Source: Octopus bimaculoides (taxonomy: Eukaryota). Taken from it: a stretch of DNA of 64,000 bases. The stretch spans positions 127,429,507-127,493,506 of the forward strand of contig NC_068981.1 of assembly GCF_001194135.2 (NCBI RefSeq). The letters are read 5' to 3'. Below, one piece after another: positions 38,498 through 50,500 of the stretch (position 1 is its first letter; every line of letters starts with the position of its first letter). The translations under genes and the position numbers were made by a program. The notes beneath the pieces are model-generated. The model was given only the letters and a program-made list of their open reading frames with translations. It did no database searches and had not been told where the DNA came from.

Positions 38498-40777
38498 CAT
38501 CATCATCATCATCGTTTAACATCCGCCTTCCATGCTAGCATGGGTTGGACGATTTGACTGAGGACTGGCAAACCAGATGGCTACACCAGGCTCCAATCTG
38601 ATTTGGCAGAGTTCTACAGCTGGATGCCCTTCCTAACGCCAACCACTCCGAGAGTGTAGTGGGTGCTTTTACGTGCCACCGGCACGAAGGCCAGTCAGGC
38701 GGTACTGGCAACGGCCATGCTCAAAATGGTGCATTTTACGTGCCACCTGCACAGGAGCCAGTCTAGCAGCACTGGCATTGATCTCGCTCGAATGTTTTTT
38801 CACGTGCTACTGGCACAAGTGCTAGTAAGGCGACGCTGGTAACGATTACGCTCAAATGGTGCTATTTACGTGCCACTGGCACAGAAGCCAGACAGCTGCT
38901 CTGGCAAGGTCTTCGCAAGCCTAGTTTAGTGTCCAATGAAGGAGAGGTTGGCATGGGTGCCAGTCATCAAATTTGGTTCGATTTCGATTTCACTTGCCTC
39001 AACAGGTCTTCACAAGCAGAGTTTAGTGTCCAGTGAAGGAAAGGTACGCATAAGTGGGCTGGCTACACCCCTNNNNNNNNNNNNNNNNNNNNNNNNNNNN
39101 NNNNNNNNNNNNNNNNNNNNNNNNNNNNNNNNNNNNNNNNNNNNNNNNNNNNNNNNNNNNNNNNNNNNNNNNNNNNNNNNNNNNNNNNNNNNNNNNNNNN
39201 NNNNNNNNNNNNNNNNNNNNNNNNNNNNNNNNNNNNNNNNNNNNNNNNNNNNNNNNNNNNNNNNNNNNNNNNNNNNNNNNNNNNNNNNNNNNNNNNNNNN
39301 NNNNNNNNNNNNNNNNNNNNNNNNNNNNNNNNNNNNNNNNNNNNNNNNNNNNNNNNNNNNNNNNNNNNNNNNNNNNNNNNNNNNNNNNNNNNNNNNNNNN
39401 NNNNNNNNNNNNNNNNNNNNNNNNNNNNNNNNNNNNNNNNNNNNNNNNNNNNNNNNNNNNNNNNNNNNNNNNNNNNNNNNNNNNNNNNNNNNNNNNNNNN
39501 NNNNNNNNNNNNNNNNNNNNNNNNNNNNNNNNNNNNNNNNNNNNNNNNNNNNNNNNNNNNNGCCCAGGCTATTCTTATTCTAGCAGCTATACTTTCAGCG
39601 CACCCTCCCCCACTACTAACTTGGTCACCTAGATAACGGAAGCTATCAACTATGTCTAGTTTTTCTCCCTGGAATGTGGCAGAAGTTGTTTTCTGCACGT
39701 TTTCAGTGTTTATTGTTCCTGAACATCTGCCACATACAAAAACTATCTTGCTAGTTAGCCTTCCTTTGATATTGCTGCACCTCTTATGTGTCCATAGCTT
39801 ACACTGGGTACATCTTATAGAGTTTCTACCTATGCCTTTTCTACAGTTCGAGCAGGGCCATCTACCTGAAGGGGTTTGTGTTTTGTCTACCTTCCTACTT
39901 ATTATGACTTTGGTTTTAGCTAGGTTAACTCTAAGGCCCTTTGATTCTAGTCCTTGCTTCCACACCTGAAACTTCTCCTGTTGTTCTGATAGTGACTCAG
40001 CAATTAGCACAAGGTCATCAGCATAGATTAGTTCCCAGGGGCATCCTGTCTTGAATTCCTGTGTTACTGCCTGGAGGACTATGATAAATAGGAGGGGACT
40101 GAGGACTGAACCATGGTGTACCCTTACCTCTACCTGGAATTCTTCACGATACTCGTTGCCAACCCTCACCTTACTGACAGCATCTCTGTACATGGCTTGC
40201 ACAGCTCTCACTAACCATTCTTCTATCCCTAGTTTCCTCATTGACCACCAAATAAGGGATCGGGGGACCCTGTCAAAGGCTTTCTCCATGTCAACAAAAG
40301 CCAGGTACAGAGGTTTATCTTTGGTTAGGTATTTCTCCTGCATCTGTCTTACCAGAAATATAGCATCAGTGATGCTTTTCCCTGGCATGAACCCAAACTG
40401 CATCTCAACTAAACTGACTCTCTCCCTAGTTAGTTGAGCTATGACCCTCTCCATGACCTTCATTACCTGATCCAACAACTTGATATCTCTATAATTATTT
40501 GTATCTAAAGCATCACCTTTACCTTTGTAGCAGTTGACTATGGTGCTGCTACACCAGTCATTGGGTATGACTCTTTTGTGTATCACCTGGTTAACAATGC
40601 GGGTGACTGCCAGATATTTTGAACATCTCTGTAGTGATTCCTGATGGGCCAGGGGCTTTCCCTGTCTTCATACTCTTAATTGCTTTATCTACCATGGTAC
40701 TGTCAATTAGTATAGCTGGTCCCTCTGTTGGGTCGACATTCAGCAGACTCTCTTTCTCCCATTCATTCTCTTTATTA
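38498..40777 (-). mobile_element. 5'-truncated RTE LINE, about 2.3 kb, with probable TSD
   Basis: RT ORF 39063-40586 (FVDMEKAFDRVPR, HHGSVLSPLLF, YADDLVL), 3' UTR and (GAT)n tail. Flanks agcaagtctttat (38485-38497) / agcaatctttat (40778-40789). Confidence 0.92.
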
Positions 40778-42172
40778 AGCAATCTTTATAACAATAATAA
40801 GATGAAAATGATTTAATGAGTTAAAAGTAACAAAGTGATAAGGTTAGCATGAATGTCTTACTTAATGGTCCAGATAACTAAAGATTGTGATGGCCTGCTT
40901 GTCTACTCTACAATATTAAGTCCTGGAAGTAGAAGTATTCATTGAAGATAGAAGTGAAGCTGGTGAAAATGATAAATGTTGACAGTAACACTATGGCAAC
41001 ATGGAAGGTTGAGGCTAGTTTCTCTCCTGTTTACTCTATGTTTGGAACAATATAGCTACAATACATAGGGATTTTTACTTGCCAAGAGAACCTATAAGTG
41101 TCTGTTGTTTCTGCTGTGCTTGAATGAGTACAAGGGTCTTAGTAAAGTTACTTGTAACATACTTTGAGTGCTGAATTGCTGAATATTGACTGTATGGGTC
41201 ATTTTGTGAAATGATTGATTTTATTTAACTAAGTCTCCATTTATATTGATGTTGATTGAGTTAACAGGGTTCTGTTTACTAACCAAAATATTAATGGTTC
41301 CTATCCTGATACTGATTTAGTACACTTTAGTCCTATGGAGAAGTTCAGTTCATTAACGTATAAGATAGTGTTTTGTTAGCTCACAGAGCTGAATTCAAAG
41401 TGCTTGTCAGTGAAAATAGAGCTCTACTTCTGCAAACACTCTTTTGATCTCCACATGAAAACAAATTGTTCATTTGCCTCAGTATCTTCTTAGATTATGA
41501 GATATTAATTCTTTTTCTTTTTCTTTTTAATATTAAGAAAGTATTGCGGAGATGTACTTGCATAGCAAGTGACCTGATCTGAGATCGTGCGCTGGAACGA
41601 AAACAATTGATTAAGAAAGTAAAAGTGAATAATTAGCAGAAATGTTAGGTGCTGGGCAAAGTGCTTAGAAACATTTGTTTTGGCTCTTTATCTTCAGAGT
41701 TCAAATATTGCTAAGGTTGACTTTGACTTTTATCCTTTCTAGGGTGATAAAAATAAGTAACTAAAGTTTGTGATGTCCGCTTGTCTACTCTACAGTATTA
41801 AGTCCTGGAAGTAGTACAACTAGTTGAAGATAGAGGTGAATCTGATGAAAATGATAAATGTTAACAGCAACACCATGGCAACTTGGAAAGTTGAGGCTAG
41901 TTTCCTTCCTGTTTACTCTATGTTTGAAACAGTAGAGCTGTAACACTTAGGGATTTTGAGCATTGTGGTTAATGTAATTGACTTCCCTTAAAATGCTGGC
42001 CTTGTACCAAAACTTAGAAAGAATATTAGGAAAGTAAAGTGGCAGAAACACTTTATTGTATGTAGCAGTGTTCTTCCATGGTCTGAGTTCAAATCTTTGC
42101 TACTTCAACGTAAGAAATCAATATTATTTTACAAGAAAAAAAAAATATCATTGTCAGTTGAATACTATTCAC

Positions 42173-42477
42173 ATTCTTCTTCTTCTTCTTCTTCTTCTTC
42201 TTCTTCTTCTTCTTCTTCTTCTTCTTCTTCTTCTTCTTCTTCTTCTTCTTCTTCTTCTTCTTCTTCTTCTTCTTCTTCTNNNNNNNNNNNNNNNNNNNNN
42301 NNNNNNNNNNNNNNNNNNNNNNNNNNNNNNNNNNNNNNNNNNNNNNNNNNNNNNNNNNNNNNNNNNCTTCTTCTTCTTCTTCTTCTTCTTCTTCTTCTTC
42401 TTCTTCTTCTTCTTCTTCTTCTTCTTCTTCTTCTTCTTCTTCTTCTTCTTCTTCTTCTTCTTCTTCTTCTTCTTCTA
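42173..42477 (+). repeat. (CTT)n microsatellite forming the acceptor tract of a coding exon
   Basis: Pure CTT run interrupted by gap 42280-42366, ending ...cttctACAG directly at exon start 42481. Confidence 0.95.
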
Positions 42478-42480
42478 CAG

Positions 42481-42649
42481 ATTGTGAACTTGGAGAAGTC
42501 TGATTGGCCAAGTAACCACTGCATTGTTATACTCTGCTTCCTAAGCCTTGAGCAAGCAATACGTTGGATAAACAGTGATCGAATATTTAAACAACAGGAT
42601 ATGGAATATGAAGCATTTGTTGTCCCTTTACAATATATTCCTGATTTGG
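42481..42649 (+). CDS. Tandem DUF1330-like gene, exon
   Basis: 169 nt, phase 0-1, G|GTGAGA donor. Reads IVNLEKSDWPSNHCIVILCFLSLEQAIRWINSDRIFKQQDMEYEAFVVPLQYIPDL, matching the DUF1330 pattern (V.LEG.W....V.IEFPS.E.A..W..S). Confidence 0.85.
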
Positions 42650-43149
42650 GTGAGATATTTTTTGAATTTTGATTCAGTTCTGAATAAATTATATTTCTTT
42701 ATTTTCGAAGGTGAGTCACTTCTCGCCATTGTCCTCCTCCTCTTCCTTCTCCCCCGCCCCTCCTCCTCCTTCTCCTCCTCCTCCTCCTCATCATCCTCCT
42801 CTTCATCCTCCTCTCCATCCTCCTCTTCATCCTCATCCTCCTCATCCTCGTCCTCCTCCTCACTGTCACCATCGTCATTATCGCCATGACACATGCTGGC
42901 AGTTTTAAAGGCAAAGGATTACCTTTGATGGTTATCCTTTTGCTTTCTTTATCTGCACATATCAGATGATGAGATAAAATTTACACACTAGAGTGGTGTA
43001 TTATTTTCTTTTGCTGACACAGCCATGTATAAAATCATTAAATCTACTGATGGTATTCACAAGAATCTTGTTGCTCATATCGATGGAGAAAGTTTCATTC
43101 TGGTACTCATGTTGCAGTGCCAATGCATGTCTTTCAACCAATCAAGCGA

Positions 43150-43790
43150 TGCTGAACTTTTTGCTTTGAGTAGTTCCAAATTGAATGTTATTGAAGACTT
43201 CAAGTACTTGGGTGGTTGGGTGAGCAGTTCAGAAGCACACATCAAGATAGGAACGCACAAACATGGACAGCCTGTTACAAACTAAAGAAGGTCTGGAACT
43301 CCAAATTACCAAGGTGAATCAGAATCAAACTGTTCATTGCAACTGTCAAATCACTGCTATTAATGGCAGTGAAACATGGACATTGACAAAGAAATTATCA
43401 AATGAGCTAGATGGCTGCTACACAAGTGGCCTTAAATGTGAAATGGCCTTAAATGTAAAGTGGCAGCTACAAATGGCCTTAAATGTGAAATGGCAGTAAC
43501 ATATGACAAGCAAATGCCTTTATGGAGGCCTGCCAAAGTTAGTGAAAAGATCAAGTAAAGATGGCTGTGACTATCTGGTCACTGCGTGCACTACCCTGAA
43601 CTGTAAGCATCTAAATTAGTCTTGTGGAACCTACTTCATGGTAATGTAAGAAGTAGAAAATGTCATCACACTTATGTCAACCACTTGATCACAGACACTG
43701 GCTTGGAATGTATCCAGGACCTCGAGGCAGTGATGATGGACCTAGAGGCGTGGTGGGTGGACTTTGTTGCTGCAGCTTGGGTTGGAACCT
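43150..43790 (+). mobile_element. Old RTE-clade LINE C-terminal fragment
   Basis: Broken frames give FKYLGGWV, KLKKVWNSKLP, ETWTLTKKLSNELDGCYT..MALNVKWQ, GHC..YPE..ASKLVLW. Confidence 0.7.
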
Positions 43791-44396
43791 GACTAAAATA
43801 AAATAATGATTGCAGTGCCAAATAATAATGAATGTGCATTGGTATTAAAGAAAATATATTCAGTGATATATTTAAAAGAATATATTCATAAGCTGAGTAA
43901 ATAAAAAAAAATGTCATCCAAAGTTCTCTCCATGCAACCTATCATCTAAAATGGATTTGAGCTACAACACTTGGAATCTTTAATTTGAAAAATATGCCAG
44001 CTATAAAGGGAAAAGGCAGAAATTTTGGTCTATAAAAACATTTACAATAACCGTAATATTAACAGGTTCTACCTTATAAAGAAACATAATACTAACCACT
44101 GTATGAATTCCTAGTAAACATCAATTATTTTTTAAGAAGAAGTTTGTGACCAGTCCTCTTAAAAATGTTAACAGTTTTCAATTTGGTTAAGAACTGAATG
44201 AGCAACAAAGTCTGAAAGATGTTGCATGTGAGTAAATTGCAGCCTTAAGAATATTATTCAACTACTACCGTAGTTGAATGATAATGCATATATGCAAATA
44301 TTACATTCATATAGCCACATATGTATGCAGACCTATGATTTATAAGAAGATTATATTTTTCTATTTTGTCTCTTTCCCATTTTTGTTCTTTACCAG

Positions 44397-44639
44397 CTTA
44401 TACCACATTTATGCTAATGGATATTGAAGTACAGTTTCCAGATGAATTAATTACCAAGTTTGAGAAAGAGTATGTCAGGCCTGCAGCAGCCGTTATGGAT
44501 AAATTTGAAGTTGCTCATGGTGTTGTTGCCTCTAATGATATTCATCAGTTCAGACAAACTACCTGGGATATTCAGGGCAAAACTATAGTAATCCACCAGT
44601 TCAAGTCAGACAGTCACTTTTATGATTTTTACCAAAGTG
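44397..44639 (+). CDS. Tandem DUF1330-like gene, exon
   Basis: ttctttaccag acceptor, G|GTAAGT donor, 243 nt, phase 1-1. Reads AYTTFMLMDIEVQFPDELITKFEKEYVRPAAAVMDKF...TIVIHQFKSDSHFYDFYQS. Confidence 0.88.
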
Positions 44640-45176
44640 GTAAGTGAATTTCTTATCTAGTTGCTGTCATTCTCAGCAATAGTATTGTTGTTCATCATTT
44701 AACTTACAAAAATATAGAAATTTACTGTAGTTATAAAAATATGTCCTTCTGTTGAAATGTAATTTCAGTAAATTTCTATATCTTTGTGCAGCTGAGGATT
44801 GCTCTGTATTTTATATTTGATGTAATGCTGACATTGCTTAATTAAATGGAGTTGCATGAAACGATCGTACCGCATTAACTTTGCATATCCTTGTTGCTTA
44901 TTTTGACTTTAATCACCTTATTTTGAAACTCTATGGATAATACCATACTTAATTCTGGTGCCTAAACTTAAGTACCATATTCACCTGAATATATATGTAT
45001 ATATATATATATATATATATACATGTACATATATATGTATATACACACATATATATTATGTATATATATATATATGTGTATGTATTTATATGTATGTATA
45101 CACACACACACACATTCACACATATGTTTGTATGTGTATGAATGTATATTCTATTTTTCTTAATTTTCTTTTTCAG

Positions 45177-45277
45177 ATGAATACCAAAACTTAATTGATG
45201 TCAGAAGAAACTTATACCATTCAAATGTGATCATGTTCACCCTTATCAATGACCCTCCTCTGTTTACCAAGGGTTAG
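45177..45277 (+). CDS. Tandem DUF1330-like gene, terminal exon
   Basis: ttttcag acceptor, phase 1. DEYQNLIDVRRNLYHSNVIMFTLINDPPLFTKG* completes the second domain (cf. S.EYQ.L...R). Total CDS 738 nt = 245 aa. Confidence 0.85.
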
Positions 45278-45412
45278 GTTTTACTAATGTGATGCTTCAA
45301 GTTGTTCATTAGTTGCTTCCATGGTGCTTCATTTTCTGAGAATTCTTCCTCGATGTTGTTCCAATTGAAAAACTGTTGCTCCTGTCTGTTTATTTGCAAC
45401 TTAGAGCTAGAA
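45274..45412 (-). CDS. Putative terminal exon of an unknown small convergent gene
   Basis: Minus-strand acceptor ttgactttttacag, phase 2, then SSSKLQINRQEQQFFNWNNIEEEFSENEAPWKQLMNNLKHHISKT*. No recognised family. Confidence 0.45.
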
Positions 45413-45559
45413 CTGTAAAAAGTCAACTCAAATAAAATTTGAATGAAACATTTCAAAAGTTTACTTTGTACTGTTCTATTCTTCCTTATTACTATTATTG
45501 TTGATTTACTGATCTGTTGTTGCTATTTCATGTTGCTGTTTCTTTTTAATTTAGCATTA

Positions 45560-45770
45560 TCTATATCTATAAAAATGAGAATGTGTGCCTGTCTGTCTGT
45601 GTGTGTGTGTCTGTGTGAATCCCTAAAACTCAAGAACTACACAACCAATTTCATTCAAATTTTACACATGCCTTACTTAGGGTTCCGGTTGTGTTTTAGT
45701 CCAAAAATTTTTTCACTTCTTGCATAGTTCAAGCCCACAGCAACATCAACTCTTATGACATACCATGTCA
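45560..45770 (+). mobile_element. Non-autonomous Helitron-like fragment
   Basis: A|TCTATATCTATAAAAATGAGAATGTGTG..(GTCT)n 5' terminus. Similar termini at 21832(+) and 62503(-). The 3' end is undefined. Confidence 0.5.
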
Positions 45771-45887
45771 TAAGTGTCTGTATATTGTATTTTTTGTCAT
45801 TTTGGTTATAAAATAAACAGATTAATCAATGGAATACATTGTCTGCAAGTTGATGAGTACCTCATATTCCCCTCCATTTTCTTATTG

Positions 45888-45918
<31 letters not shown>

Positions 45919-45923
<5 letters not shown>

Positions 45924-46714
45924 TGGTATGGTCATTTGGCGAGAATGGATGAGGATAGCTGTGTGAAAAAGTTCCACACCCTAGCGGTTGAAGGAACCTG
46001 TGGAAGAGGTAGACCCAGGAAGACCTGGAATGAGATGGTGAAGCACGACCTCCGAACATTAGGCCTCACCGAGGCAATAAGTATTGACCAAGACCTTTGG
46101 AAATATACTGTGCGTGAGAAGACCCGGCAAGACAAGTGAGACCATAACCCATGGCCTTTACCAGGGTGTAGCCAGCCCACTTATGCGTACCTTTCCTTCT
46201 TTGGACACAAAACCCTGCTTGCGAAGACCTGTTGAGGCAAGTGAAATCGAAATCGAAATTGAACCAAATTCGATGACTGGCACCATGCCAGTGGAGCGCT
46301 AACAGCACCATCTGAATGGGATCACTGCCAGAGCAGTGGTCTCCCTTCCATGCCGGTGGTAGGTAAAAAGCACCATTTGAGCGTGATTGTTTCCAGCTTC
46401 GCCTTACTGGCACTTGTGCTGGTGGCATGTGAACAAAACATTGGACTGACTCTTGTGCAGGTGGCATGTGAAAAACACCATTTGAGTGTAGCCGTTGCCA
46501 GTACCGCCGGATTGGCCCTCCTGCCGGTGGTACGTTAAAAGCACCCACTACACTCTCGGAGTGGTTGGTGTTAGGAAGGGCATCCAGCTGTAGAAACTCT
46601 GCCAGATCAGATTAGAGTCTGGTGTAGCCATCTGGTTCGCCAGTCTCCAGTCAAATCGTCCAACCCATGCTAGCATGGAAAGCGGACATTAAATGATGAT
46701 GATGATGATGATGA

Positions 46715-46718
<4 letters not shown>
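45919..46718 (+). mobile_element. 5'-truncated RTE LINE inside a (TA)n microsatellite
   Basis: Starts at RWYGHLARMDEDSCVKK..GRGRPRKTW, then 3' UTR and (GAT)n tail. (TA)n on both sides. Confidence 0.9.
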
Positions 46719-46749
<31 letters not shown>

Positions 46750-47519
46750 CATACATGGACCCAACTCACCTCATCTCTTCATCTGACACCAACCTCACCT
46801 CCTCTCTTCATTTGATACCAAACCCACACCACTCCACACACACTAGCACTGCTCAATTCCCAACACTCACACACATGCACCATCCTGCACACTCCCACAC
46901 TCACTCAAGCACATAATACCTGAACGCAGACAATATATACTCCCACAAGCACACCACGTGAAAAAGCACACATCAACTGCTACACACAACACATACACAC
47001 ATACATGTCAGAGTCATTTGCTCCTATTCACACACACACACCATTCTCACATACACACACACCTGCTGTTGGGATCACTAGCACTTTATTATTTCCATTA
47101 CATTCGACCTTTTTTTTTTTATTATTTCTCCCTTACTTTCAACCTCTTTATTGACAATCATTTGCAATGTTGGACTGCTGAAATCTATAAGATTTTTTCG
47201 TTCTCTCTCTGTTTATTTTCTCTTATTCCTTTCTGTTGAAGAGCATAGGCTCAAAACGTAAAAGACTTTTTCATTTCTCCCAAGCATCAAACTAATACAC
47301 TTGCTTGTTGTTCATACACCTGTTTTTGTCTTTTGTTTTTCTATAACGAAATGTTAGCACTAAATAGTGTTTAGTAGAAAGTGGGTTATACATCTTTAGA
47401 TTGTATACCTGACTTTCTACTATAATATTAAAGAAATATACGGAACGCTGAACTCCAGACTAAACAACTCAAACAACATTTATTTAGGTGATAAACATAC
47501 ATATCTTTTAGTTATACAT

Positions 47520-47700
47520 CTTTAGAGGTGAGAATAACGAGCTGTCGAGTATAAGACCGAAAGATGTAGAGACAGCTTTAAACACACGTCCTTGCTCAAT
47601 CGCTGGCCAGCGAGAAAGAGAATGAATTGAGCGGGAAACGCTTGCTTTATTAATTCTACGCATGCATAAGACTATGCATGCGCAGGCGTTACTACAAGTG
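47520..47700. promoter_or_regulatory. CpG-rich promoter-like segment with no assigned gene
   Basis: E2F-type GCGGGAAA (about 47631-47638), NRF1-like TGCATGCGCA (47675-47684) within the inverted pair cgcatgcat/atgcatgcg, and ACTACAA (47691-47697). Confidence 0.4.
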
Positions 47701-47990
47701 TTTAAGGTATAAGCAGAATTTAGGTTAGTGGACCTATGTTTGTGACATATTTCAACTGCTAAAAGGCAAATACACTTCAATTACCATGGAAAATACATCT
47801 CTCTTATGACAAAAAGGTGTGAAACCACTCTGTCTGTTCAGTATTCATTCAAAAGAAAGAAGTCTGTTAGATCACCCATTACAATTAAACATCAAACAAA
47901 TAAGAAACCTGTTAGAAATAGCAGCCAATTCTCATTCACATAACACCCTACCATCTTTAAAAAGGAAACATTCATTTCTGAATAATACAG

Positions 47991-48173
47991 TTAAAGCACG
48001 TAAAAGCACCCACTACACTCTCGGAGCGGTTGGCGTTAGGAAGGGCATCCAGCTGTAGAAACTCTGCCAAATCAGATTGGAGCCTGGTGGAGCCATCTGG
48101 TTCACCAGTCCTCAGTCAAATCGTCCAACCCATGCTAGCATGGAAAGCGGACGTTAAACGATGATGATGATGA
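47991..48173 (+). mobile_element. RTE LINE 3' tail fragment
   Basis: aaaagcacccactacactctcggag...atggaaagcggacgttaaacgatgatgatga. Confidence 0.85.
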
Positions 48174-48470
48174 CAGATACCAACACATGAGAGAAGAATG
48201 AGATGGGCTCAACTAGAAGGTCTTCTCACTTAGATCTAATCTGGAGTTAAATAGCAATAAATAATGAAAAGTATTCAGAAAGTCTGACTTGTAGGAGCTC
48301 ACTTAGTCCTACCTAACTGAGATTCAAAACCAAATCTACACACTTGTTCCTTGTCAGATGACTGTCCGATTTCATTGTGTTTTATCTCTATGCTGGGAGA
48401 TTAATAAGAAACATCTGCCCTCCTAGGACTTCACCATTTTGCTGGTCACGAAAGAGTCAGTCCAACTGAA

Positions 48471-48530
<60 letters not shown>

Positions 48531-48779
48531 ATAGGCAGCACAACCAGGAGCAATAGCATCAACCAAATTAAAAGGGTCAATGTAATCCTTACCCTTTCTT
48601 TTTCTCTGTTAGCAGAATGTACAGCTTACACCCTTCCAACTACTAGTGAGCCACTAACACATCATTATTACTATTGTAAGTTACTATGTATATTTTACTA
48701 ACCACTTCTGGCAAATAAATTTGTGAATATTATTCCTTCCTTTTTCGATGTTGTTATTACACTGTTTCATCCTACTATT

Positions 48780-50500
48780 GACCATGTACATATGGTGACC
48801 CTTAACTACATTTAGCAGCTCCGATGTACACACACGTGTCCGTTACAGGCTCATGTACAATTAGTTCTTACTTTTTGCATCTCTGCCACAACTACAATGG
48901 CCTCTTCTTCTGAAGTCCAAGAAAGGCAATCCTTCAGATCTCACCAACTATCACTTGTCATACTGCCAAAATCAAAAAAGTAATGGAGATGGCCATTACT
49001 AACACTTTCTCCAACAGCTTGAATTCCTGTTCCTCTTTGACCACCAGCTTGAGACAACTAGGTAGGTCACTGAAACCATTTTCTTAGCTATGTCCCCTAC
49101 AAAGCCTAATTTCATAGCTCCAATTTTTCAAGTGGCTCATTTGTAGCTGTGCTGCAGAAACTGAGATAAAGCAAAAGTCCTTCAACCCCACTACAAAGTA
49201 AATGACTTTTACCTAGCTTTGCAACTCTTGCAAGACAAGATTATCATACAAAATGTGAAATGTGCCTTTATGGACTGCACAGCCAATCTTTTTAGAAGCT
49301 TCTGATACTTTCTAACAATGCATACCAGAGATAGCCTCTATCTTCAAAAGCACTTCAAGCTCTCTATTTTCCTTTCTGTCTCTGTAGGGGTATACCCCAA
49401 TCTTTTGAAACATGCTACAGTTTGTTACATTCCCAAAATGGTCATGTCCTCTGACCTTACTGTTTCCTAGCACACACATCCAATGTCTCAAAGTTGATGC
49501 AAACAATTATCTTCTCCAACACCTTGAAATCTTCTTCCTCCTTTCCTTAATGATCTCAAGTACTGCTTTCATAAAGCCAGGTCTATTGGAGACCAACTAT
49601 CTTATGCTACTCACAAGTAGGCCTTTGCTCTGAAGAAATTTGGTGAAAACACTGTCATTGGTCTTTTACACTAGCAAAGTATTCAACTAAATCTAGCATG
49701 CAGTTTCTTACTAAAACCACCCATCTTGATATTCTTTTCATTTCTCTTGGATTGATTGTTTCCAATCAGCTCAAATTATTATGGTATATACTGATGGAAT
49801 TCTCTCAGATCTACACTATCAAATTTGGTTCAACTTTGCTCCCCACATTCTTCTTCCCATACATCAACAATTCACAGGTCATCTCTGCAGATAGTACCAC
49901 TTTTATTCTTCCACATCCAAGTGTCATCTGTATGCAACCTTATACCAACCTTGAGCTGAGTCCTTAAGCGAAACTTAGAAAATATTCTGAAATGAGGTCA
50001 CACCAATCATGTCTTCTTCAGCATCACAAAGATACAATTACTATAAATATGAAAAGATTTAATATGACAGCACCCCAAACATCACTTTCTCTTCAATGTC
50101 AGAAAACATTACGTTTCACAACTGCTACCAACCCTCTAGAAAGCCCTTTGATACCCAGTGAAGTACTTCTCCCATATATGGGACAGTTTTGCTTCCACAC
50201 GCAGACATCCCAGACTTCATAAGCTAAGCGGCTTGGGGTAGGGATTCACTAGACTGACTGGCATTACGTTATTCACCAACACACTATCTCTTGTCTTTTC
50301 TATGCTGCGGCCTCTACCCCTGGTAGAGTTGGCTGTTATCATGCCACTTCTAATCAGACACTTCGACACATTAGATTCTCCTCTACTCACTCATATGTCC
50401 ATACTTATCACTACACCCACTCTAATGTTGAAGAACATTAACTACATTCATCTCACTATTGTCAGAATGTCTGAGAAGACCGGGAACGCAGACTCTTCCT
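48780..50500 (+). mobile_element. Highly decayed CR1/L2-like LINE RT region
   Basis: Fragments KKGNPSDLTNY, ..KKVME and GSTLLPTFF..YINN..ISADSTT in shifting frames. Confidence 0.5.

Noticed and set aside
24259-42672. Long ORFs containing poly-X
   Set aside because: They read through N-gaps (24417-25160, 26148-26862, 33431-34349, 39073-39561, 42280-42366). Only the flanking TE peptides are meaningful.
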